Below are positions 12,901-23,201 of a stretch of DNA of 64,000 nucleotides, in pieces. The notes below the pieces were generated by a model. The model searched no databases and was not told where the DNA came from. It worked only from the letters and a program-made list of their open reading frames with translations. A program made the position numbers and the translations under genes. The DNA lies in assembly GCA_000934665.2 (NCBI GenBank), contig KZ538466.1, forward strand, positions 1-64,000, read 5' to 3'. Within the stretch, counting starts at the first letter, position 1. Each line of letters opens with the position of its first letter. The DNA comes from Catajapyx aquilonaris. Taxonomy: Eukaryota.

Positions 12901-15900
12901 TTCCCACTTTTCTTTAAAAACTCCTTGTTAGCGTGCCCCAAGTATGAGCAACAAAGCACAGCACATAATGTTTTCTTCTGTAATTACCCCAAACTTGTCC
13001 CACTGCTGGTGCTCCGTCTGTGCTGGAGGCCACAAGTCCATTCAAGTACACACTAACTCAAGTTTTGCTTGTGTGCAGCAGGTTCGCAGTTAGGTGTCAG
13101 TGACACTAGTTACTAAGTTCGCGCTGTATATAACTTATATACTAATATTCACCATAAGAGTCCCTTTTGATATGCGGTTGTTATATGCCGTGTCGTAATA
13201 ATAATAATAAGCTCGTCAGAGTTGCAAATGATATTTCGTCATACAGTATATGCAGACGAGCATGATCTGAGTTCCTTCTTGCTTCTGTTCCTTGAAGACA
13301 TAACTGGATATGCCCGATGCTTATATTCACTATTGGTACCATATCCATTGCGCCACCAGTAATTGAAACGGTTATAAAAATACAGAGGATTGAACCCAAA
13401 TGGGCGAGGCATAATAAAAGAACTGTTGAGTAACATAATTAAGTTATAAGCTTTGCTACACTAATGAGTCGCATATTATGGATGTCATATGGGACGAAGT
13501 CAAAATTCAATTAAGTAGCCTCAGAGACCGAACCATCCTATATGCCAAATTAACGCATTTTGAGAAAGCGCTATAGTATATACGCAGTATTGTAAAATAA
13601 GAGGAAAACTAACACACGCTGCTATAGTCGCACAACCTCCATATCAGCTCCAAAAATACAAAGCAGGCGACTTCCAACGTTGGCATTTGTCACGTCACAA
13701 TCCCGTGTTTCCTTCGGTGCCTGTATAAGAAAGGGAATTTGGTTTGCATCTGGATATCTACCCTGACGGCACCTCTGATTTTACGACAGGCCAGTTCGGG
13801 GGGGCCCTATCCCACAGCGCCAATATCTTTAACTCCGAGAGTGCTGCGATTCCACTTGCTTTACAACTGTCTTCCAGGGCACGAACTCCCCCAAAGCCTA
13901 GCTAAAGCCTCTTTCATACTAACTCATGGCCCCACAATACTCTTCAGGCTCTTTCAACGTGACTTGGGACTCTCTTTAATTAATCTAGGCTCCTAACTCG
14001 ACTCTTTTTTTTTTAGATATGACTCGTGGTCCAGTGACCTAATGGAACCACCTTTTATATTTTTAAATATGCGGGGGAAAATAGCGCACACCTGGAATTT
14101 CTCCTCTCACAGTAATACCGTATACGAGTTGGCTAAATATTTCAAGTTGGAACGTGTTGCCTGAGGCTCAAGTGGCTGGCATGCCTATGCACAGCTGCAG
14201 ATTTTCCACCACGAATATTTCAGACCGGTGCCGCTCGGTGGAAAAGCACCAGGTGAATGCATAAAGAATGCTCGACAAACCCCCACTTGCAAATTGTGTC
14301 TATAATTATTTGACACAGGAATGGTATCAAGAGCCCAGGCTTGATGGTGGGATCTTCAACGGTTAGTATGGGATTTTGCCACCAGAGCGTCGCTTCAGTG
14401 AGTCCTAATCGCCATTTTGTAATAATATAGCTAGTACACTGTAATATTAAGTTCTTATTTATCAATATGGCGGATCCCGAATACAATCAGAATCAGCCGA
14501 TAAAGCAATCTAACTCGTAATTCTTCCACCAGAGGGAGCCCTGACAAAGATACAAAAATCCCTCCCGTCTTAAGTGCAATAGGCAGCAATCTCGCTCCTG
14601 AAGGATGGCAAGCCCGTCTTGAGAAAAGAATGAAAGAAAGGCTCCTTGGCTGGGGGTGGGTGGAAGGGGTGGGAAAAAATTGCGGCCTTTCAAGCCCAAT
14701 GGCCTTTTCTTTCATATTGGATACTGGCGAAGTCGACTTCCCCCTCTCCTCCTCTCCCCTCTCTCTTTTACCCACTTTTCTCCTCCATCCCCTACCCTCC
14801 CCAAACGACTGGAATGGAAATGGCCCTAGGATTTGCCGCTGGGGCTTAGATTATGCCCTTATTAGGCAGAATGGGAGTGGGAGAAAAGGGATTTTTAAAG
14901 CCTATTCTACAGAGAAAGATGGACGGAAATTTTAACTTGGAACTCAAAACTCTGGAGCCAATTATGCTTCAGATGGTGCATGATGTACCTGTCTGTGAGG
15001 TATTTTTCACTTAATTGTGCTCCATTTCCTTGAATATGAAGGTGGAAGTGCACTATAGCCGGTAGTACCATATTTCAAAAATGTCACCAACATGAATTTG
15101 ATCAATGAATGATTCGGCACAGTCGCCATGTTTTGTTAGGACTATGGTAATTAATAAACAATGACATGGGGCTGCGTTGGCTGTTGGCCCATTGTTGCAG
15201 TGTCGAATGCTCAGCACTGAAAAGGACGTTGACGAGTAATAGCTTGACGGTCAATTCATTGTGATGGAATACTTTCCGGCGTACCACCTATATTGTAACG
15301 GATCCTGCAGCAAAATTATGAATCAGAATCACAACAGAAACTTCCTAAGAAACAACTTTAATGCAAAATACTGTCTATATATACGTGTATAACTCATAAT
15401 TTACTTTGGTATGAAACTATTACTGCTGAAAACTGCTGAGCATGATATTTAGAAATTTTTAATAGTTATACTCTACAATCGTTAGAACTCCCGGTTATTT
15501 TTGGACCTTCCTGTACAGTATGCTATACTACCCTGGCAGTCATAAAAGGAATTTTTTATTCCGGAGTTAATTGTGCATTACTGCATAAAAATTAGCGGGC
15601 ATTTCATCACGATTTTTCACTCAGTGGACCATTTCCAAAAGACACTGCCACTAATTCAGCATATATTGATTCCGTGGTCAAGTCCGTGGATTTTGCCAGA
15701 AGTAACGTACTTTTGTGCCGCATCTATTGTGCTCTCTGTAAATATTCAGTTGAATGAAAATTCTGTAAAAAAGTTAGCTAATTATCAATTAAATCGGCGT
15801 ATTTTTGTGAAATATTTTTGTCATTTTGGTTCTCATGCATTTTTTTAAGGCTTTTATCGAGTGGCATTCATGTTCCAGCTTGAGATACAGAAAATATTAC

Positions 15901-16750
15901 ATTTTTCTCGGTACATTATTTACGGTCAGTTTAATCTTTCCCTTGAGACTGAGGTGTACAAAATTCGCAATTTTCACCTCTCGTCTCATTTTTGATTGAT
16001 TGTTTCACGCCAACTATAGGAATAGGTGAGATCCTATAGACAACTTGTGCAGGAGCTATGAGCACTCTTTCCACATGAAAAATCCACATCACAATCCGGG
16101 ATTTGAACCTGGAACCCTGCGGTCTTACTTCAGGGGCCACTGCCCTGGATCCTATACAAGAGTTTGAGCTTTTTTTTAAATCCATCCACACTTTGGAGTT
16201 GAAACACAAGGTCGTGACGTTTCCGGTAGCCAGCTTGAGGCTCTTCAGTGTTGTAGTTCCTTCTAATAAATTATTTCGCTCTTTCAAAAAGGAAGATTGC
16301 CAGTACTCAGCTGGCGAATCTAATTTCCATTGCATTATTGACGATTTAATTAAGATACAGATTCCTTTCGTGCCAACATAATCAAAGCAGACTTCTGTCA
16401 AGTCTAAAATGCAAATGGAGAAAGCACAGAACTTCATTGCTTCCTGCTAATTCAAGCCTGAATATAAGATTTCGATCTCACAAAATTAACAACTTCGAAC
16501 GGACTACAGTTTTGTACTTTATTATGCTTCAGATGTATGAGAACAATTAAATCTAGGAATTAGAGAGAATATCGACGTAGAAAATTTGAGCTATAATTTT
16601 GGAGCACATCAGGCGAATGAAGTAACTTTGAGTTATACCATAATAAAATTTTGGCTCGATTTTTTATGGGGTTGTCCTTAAAGTAGCTTATGTCATGTTA
16701 AGTCTATTTCTCATAAAATCTGATAAAATGCATTGTTGTGAGTTTCTATA

Positions 16751-17060
16751 CACTCTTAACCATTTACCTTCTCTAGAGAGGGTAAGAAAGTGGCCATTTT
16801 TTACCTTACATTGTAGGGTAAATATTCTTGAGTAAATTGATTCTAAGGTAAATTTTGCATGTATTACCTTAAAAAATAGAGGGTAAAAAAGAGGCCCTTT
16901 TTACCCTCTATTTTCTAAGGTAATACATGCAAAATTTACCTTAGAATCAATTTACCCAAGAATATTTACCCTACAATGTAAGGTAAAAGGGCAATCTTTT
17001 ACCTTACATTGTAGGGCAAATATTCTTACCCTCTCTAGAGAAGGTAAATGGTTAAGAGTG
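16751..17060. mobile_element. 310-bp palindromic MITE with CAC...GTG termini (CACTA/CMC-like), built from TTTACC/GGTAAA subrepeats
   Basis: TA|CACTCTTAACCATTTACCTTCTCTAGAGAGGGTAAG...CTTACCCTCTCTAGAGAAGGTAAATGGTTAAGAGTG|TA; a shorter copy lies at 47259. Confidence 0.9.
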
Positions 17061-17605
17061 TAGGTATAGGCTATACTGACATCGCTAGGCTTTAATTGAT
17101 TCGTTTCATTGTTTACATTGTTGAAGCCCATTATTGGAAGGACCCAACATCCGATTCGCCTTCTACACCTTTGTTTCACCCAACTTCCAAGCATGACATT
17201 ACGCTCGACCGAATCGTGCCTACCACACGTCACGCTCCGTCACGCTCCCGCTACCCTTACCTTAGGGACCATTCCTAAGTACACACAATTCTGCAACACT
17301 ATTGCACACTATGGAAGCAACAGTTGTCCAGTATACCCAGAGGGCAATGACCAAATCAGACGACAAGTTAATCTAGAACCAAACACTCTTCATCAAAAGT
17401 TGATACCTAACGCCCATGTCCTACGCACAGTCCAGGTATAGACCAAAACATACTCGTATATGCATGATTTGGAAAGTTCGGGTCTCTGAAAGCCGCGGCT
17501 TGATGTTGGGTTAGCGTGCAGTCAGCAACAGGCTTTCAGCAGGCGCACCACTTCCCAAATGGAGTTTTTCTTCAGGGGAAAAAAAAATTCGGTGGGGGGG
17601 GGGGG

Positions 17606-17869
17606 NNNNNNNNNNNNNNNNNNNNNNNNNNNNNNNNNNNNNNNNNNNNNNNNNNNNNNNNNNNNNNNNNNNNNNNNNNNNNNNNNNNNNNNNNNNNNNN
17701 NNNNNNNNNNNNNNNNNNNNNNNNNNNNNNNNNNNNNNNNNNNNNNNNNNNNNNNNNNNNNNNNNNNNNNNNNNNNNNNNNNNNNNNNNNNNNNNNNNNN
17801 NNNNNNNNNNNNNNNNNNNNNNNNNNNNNNNNNNNNNNNNNNNNNNNNNNNNNNNNNNNNNNNNNNNNN
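17606..17869. other. Assembly gap flanked by poly-G
   Basis: Run of N with G homopolymers on both sides. Confidence 0.99.
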
Positions 17870-20800
17870 GGGGGGGGGGGCGCTTCAGTAATGAACCAGA
17901 GGCAATTAGGGATTACGTTAATAGTGGCGCACATTTGCAGTCATATAAAGTTCAACACAACAAGCACCAGAATTCGCCTATTACGGTTCACATACGCTGA
18001 CAAAAATAATGCGCTTTTTCACTATACAATATTTTGTTAATCTGTCTCTTGATCCACTGTGTAAAGATATAGTAGACATCAGAAATATAAATGATGTTAT
18101 GAATACGGGCGTTACAATCATGATTATTAGGAATGAATTTGATCCCGTCGCTGTATGTTCTGAAAGGAGATAGGGCGAAGGAAATGCCGACAAAAGGGAA
18201 AAGGACCAAGGATCATTATAGCCTGGAAGAGGGGGGAGATGGTCCAGGTGAAGAAATACTATATTAGAGGTAAGGAGGACCTGGAAGAAGTGGACAAAAA
18301 ATAAATAAAGTCGAGTGTATTATATGTGTAGTCAAAATGGATACATGGAGCTCTGAGCAATTAACACTTTAGTAAATGTGAATCTACTATAAATCACTAC
18401 AGTAAGTTACGATTGGTCCTAATTACTCGTTTGAAGCCATGGGTGTTATAGCTCAATCAATCAGTGGATTTATGTGCCCCGTAAGGGATTTGCCCTGAGG
18501 GATTAACTTACGTAGACGGCAATATTTATTGTTGTTTTCTGCCAACCTTAGTATTCCACTTGAATTGAGTACTATTTTAACAATAATTATTCGTAAGTGT
18601 GCGCGTTTTGCACTCGGCTAACTCTCGGTAATTATAAACGTAGTTTTAATTATGAAAAGTGGGCATTATATTGAGAAACCTTTGAAATATTATTGACACT
18701 TTTAGTTACTGATGATGAAACCAAGTGATAAAACTGATGCCATAGTTTCAGATTGTGTGGACTTTTCTGTTCTATAGATGCGAGAATTTTGAGAAGGCAC
18801 GTACACAGAGTAAATATTGGCTTTAACATAAAGCATCACACAGTATAATGCATATTATTACATGTACTGTACACAAACCGGAGATGACGAAATTGCTTAT
18901 TTAACAACAAATATAATTTTGATGCTATTTCTATATGCGTTAAATATTAAACAACATGGTCAATATTAGCTGTTACAATTGCACTGTATAATGAAGGACT
19001 ACCAATATACCTTAGTGGAACTGCGTTACGGGAATTGGTGGTCAACAAGGCAAACAAAAAATGCACAGTAAGCTTATACGTGGTCCAAGGCGTAATAAAA
19101 AATAGCTACTGATGCTGTTGGACAATCAGGATAGAGCTCGCATTTTGTAAAGTCATTATAACCCTGACCAAAATTGGCCCCACGGAATGTACTGTACAAG
19201 GTTCATAGGGGGCTTGTAACCATGCGAATTTTCACGGGCCTGGTGATATTATGTAGTCCAGGGATTTACAGTACGTGTAGGCAAACTTGTTTATGATGTC
19301 ATCTCAATCCTCTAGCCAGCATAGTTGCAAACAAGCTAAATTACTGCAATCCCCTAGGCTACTACTTTATTTGCAATTATGAAGTCGGTATTTTTCACAC
19401 CATTACTCTTTATACTATTTTGCTTCTATACCGTATGTATATTGTCAGCATTCGTATCGGCCAATCACACATTAGTGCATAACATGATGTTTACCCCAGC
19501 CACAGGGTGAATGAACCTTTAGACAAGAAGGATTAGTAGATGAAAAATGTATATCATCAGTTAATGTTTATTAGTGGGTTTGATTAAGGATGGAGCCCTT
19601 ATTGCTCTAAGTTGCGCATACCCTGCTACGTTTATCACGAATGGGATTGTACGACTAAATAATGAGATACCAAAGACAATAACATGGTTAATGACCTCGG
19701 CGTCCTGGCCTACAGTTACATCCTCTTTTCTAACTTTAGCGAGTCAAGATTAATCATTGGTAGGACTGGAATGTCGGTTCATTGCCATTACTAGACATGG
19801 AATTGGTTTTACATGGTATCTGCGTGTACCGTGTCACACCTCGCACTGTTCTAACACCATGGTCATTTGACGCAGTGTGGGTGACACATACACTTGACGC
19901 CATTACCAGTGGGATACTTCTGCCGTAATTCCGTGATTAGGATTAAATGAGTGTTATTCTAAATCCATTTATGTGAAGGTGGATAAAAGCCAACTCACTG
20001 CTTGTCGCTAGCACTTTTCTGGCCTCTCTGTCAGACTGTTGTGGAACTCTAAATAGCCTAGCATGGATGAAATTTATATACATGACACCATCCTAATGGG
20101 TGCAAGAATTATTTTTAATAATATGGATAAGGTAATATATCGCTCAAAAATACTTAGAGGATATTGAATTTTTGCTTCGATGCCAAATTGTCTCCATTGC
20201 CTACTTTTGAGCGATACAGTCTCTAGAAGATGAAAATTACATCCCACAGAATAATATTTTTCTTGCCGATTTTTACGTTATAATGAAGTAACAGCGTCAG
20301 CAGTAGGAATATACCTTTGAGCATTTTCATGTGTGTTTAAATTTTTTTTATTAAAGTTGTTGTCTGATAACAATATTGCATATGAATCTGACTAAACCAA
20401 TGCACCTTATTACTGATTACTGCATGATAACATTATATTCCCTTGGTTTCATTGATACAGTAGGCTACAATACTGTACAGTAGCCTAACTATCCGTATAC
20501 ACTGACATTTTCCTTCTACTCCCGAAAGCTTCTGCAGATGATGGCATTTTTCTTGGGCCGACGTGTTGATTCATCTAGTTTTAAACTGATGCTTTGACAA
20601 AGAACATGGGAGCTCATAACACTGGAACAAGTCTTGCTCCAAAAAACTCCCAAGATAATAAGGACAATAACATCTGGGAATTCTACAGAAGGATATAGTG
20701 GCTACGCTGACACCCCCAACATTTGGGAGAGGTAACACCTGATGGATTAATCACTCCAGCCGCGCATGCGTATTTTACTTGGGCCCCATTGACGGTGGTG

Positions 20801-20904
20801 TCAGACTGTGTAGAGACTGTAGACCTACTGAACAATAGAGATTTGATATACAAACTGTTTTATTTCTTTGTAGAGATTACAATCACCTACATGAAGATGA
20901 AGAA

Positions 20905-20919
20905 TATTATTATTAGGCC

Positions 20920-20992
<73 letters not shown>
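20905..20992. repeat. (ATT)n microsatellite interrupted by GGCCTA
   Basis: Direct reading of the sequence. Confidence 0.98.
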
Positions 20993-20994
<2 letters not shown>

Positions 20995-22025
20995 AACTCT
21001 TAAGCTTTTTATATGGTGGTACGGTGTTTTCTGAGGCTTGCTAAGCTCATTTTCGCGTGAAGCAACACTAAACCTGTAATACATTGTTGACGGTATTTAT
21101 ACATCGACAAATTGCAGTATCGATTTTTTTTTTTGTAAACCTCCTGGTCGCATCAGCATTGGAGGGAAGGGATGGCTGGAGGGGGGTCGGCAAACGTAAA
21201 CATAATCATATTACGCCCCTATTCCCACAGGAAATTTTGACATAAAGTAGTGTTTGAAATAGTCCAGTGTACTCGGAGTACCGGGTACATTCCCATGGAA
21301 AAGTACTGCACGTTCATGCATTTGTAAAATGCATATGCAAGCTTCCCTCCGGGTGATGTCTATTTTGGATAGTGCGAGGGGGGGGGGGGGGGGGGCCGTG
21401 NTGGACGATCCACTATTCTGATCGGTACTACCTCCACAATACAAAATAGACAACACCCAGAGGGAATAAGCTTTAATTTTACAAATCCATGAAACATCCT
21501 GTGTCATATGTTTACCTGTTATTTTTACTAAAGTAATATTATGATAATCCTTTCAAATGATATCAAGTATAGCAAGGTACAAATTAGTAGACCTAAGTGT
21601 TACCGGTGTTCAGAATTGGATGGAGTAATTACTGGATGCGATGTAAGTTCTTCCACCATGATTTCATTAATTTTAACCCAGGGGAGCCCTAGGGGAATTT
21701 CCTCCAGTATATTAAGACGCCAGGTAAATTGAAACTTATTGCATTTTGAACTGGCTTTCTTTTCGTCTCTTGACATCCACCTTTAATTAATTTTTCAAGT
21801 GCACCTGTAACACGACTTGTCTATTGCATGCCTGAAAAATAGACACCATGCTGCATTCACCAGCGCCTACGGGACACGAATAACAAGCTGGACAGCCTGG
21901 CCGTCACATTTCAAATGTTTCAGTTGGGAAGACAGCTGATCACTGTGCTGAATACTGATGTGTTCCCTTCCCACATTGCATTATACTGAATAAGGCTATG
22001 GTCGACTATATAGTTTCATATATGC

Positions 22026-22085
<60 letters not shown>

Positions 22086-22089
22086 TAAT
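22026..22089. repeat. (AAT)n microsatellite; continues at 22371-22401 on the other side of the SINE
   Basis: Direct reading of the sequence. Confidence 0.97.
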
Positions 22090-22090
22090 T

Positions 22091-22367
22091 CATACCCCAT
22101 TGAAGCCGTTCTGGCTTTTTAGGGGGGAGATTTGTTTTTTTGGCTGGAACTCTTGTAAACTTTATTTCGCTTTTTTTGGGACGGGATAGGGATGGAAGGA
22201 AGCGGCTGTGGCCTATTAACTAGGAAACAACTCCGGTATTCACCTGGAGGAACCGTGGAAAACCACAGAAAACCACGGTCAGAGTTGCCGGCACCGGGAT
22301 TCGAACCTCGAACCCAGGACCTCCCGATTAGCAGGCGGACTCCATATCCACTACACCAACCTGCTTC

Positions 22368-22370
<3 letters not shown>
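22091..22370 (-). mobile_element. tRNA-derived SINE, copy 1
   Basis: The minus strand begins ACCGAAGCAGGTTGGTGTAGTGG (A-box-like) ... GGTTCGAATCCC (B box), then a body shared with the copy ending at 55345. (AAT)n lies on both sides. Confidence 0.85.
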
Positions 22371-22402
<32 letters not shown>

Positions 22403-23174
22403 CCTTTTGAAACAGGCAATGATAACACTAGTGATTGAGTCACTATTTGGCATACACTTATAGGTCCAGCACTATCCGGATCCATTTCTGCACAAATTCC
22501 AGTACAGCCTTCCACTATCGTTCCTCGTGATTAGTTTCGTCGTACAATTTAATTTGTACACGCAGCTAGTGCGGAAAAGCGACGCAAGGGCCCAAAGGAG
22601 ATAATGTGACAAATCCGCTGCAGTGCAGCACTCGGCTCAGATAGGCTTCATTAACTTGTGCATCATATAATGAAGACTAATGTACTCCATGCACATTGCA
22701 ATAGATACTCGCTCCTAAAGCTCATTCGTCTGTGTTAATGCTGCACGCAGCTTGCGATAACTCAGGTTATCAAAGCCCTTCAAACTAGTCACTGTTCTAG
22801 CACTTCTGTCAGGTGGATAGTCAGAACGTGCAGGCATTAGCCTGCATTCCTAATCTTGCCTAGAAGAGTAATGCAATATACTTATTTGAAGGTACGTATT
22901 AACGTATTAAAGGTAGGGATTTTTCGTAGTGACCTATATAAATATTATTGATAACATTTCAGAAGTAGCTTAATATCTTCAAGGTCAACTACTTCATGAG
23001 TAGATATTCAGTAAAATATTCTTGTTTGTATAACATGCCCTACTCTGAACTGGAAATTCAATAATATTTTCCAATCATTTTTGAAGCTTAAAAATATCCG
23101 TTTCTATGACCCCGCTGTAATGCTGGTAACGGAAAATGGGCTGTCTTACGTCTGTGAAACCTGCATTTTTCCAG

Positions 23175-23201
23175 CTCCTTTTACAGTACTACCTTCAAAT
23201 G
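23175..23201 (+). other. Candidate micro-exon (27 nt, or 15 nt from the alternative acceptor at 23187)
   Basis: CTGCATTTTTCCAG|CTCCTTTTACAG|TACTACCTTCAAATG|GTAAGT: two tandem acceptors, a consensus donor, and both lengths are multiples of 3. No transcript evidence. Confidence 0.3.

Noticed and set aside
15931..16437. 168-aa minus-strand ORF with faint RNI-type LRR-like words (LDLTEV..VGTKG, TTLKSLKL)
   Set aside because: The periodicity is not sustained, the ORF runs into a degenerate B-box/SINE-like segment (~16040-16145), and there is no splice support.
17516..18040. Long ORFs spanning N runs (also 57750-58061)
   Set aside because: Artefacts of assembly gaps.
22290..22370. tRNA gene call for A/B-box-containing segments (also 55270-55345, ~49808-49820)
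   Set aside because: No complete cloverleaf or acceptor stem; at 22290 and 55270 the boxes run on into SINE body sequence, and the 49808 case is an isolated B-box-like word.
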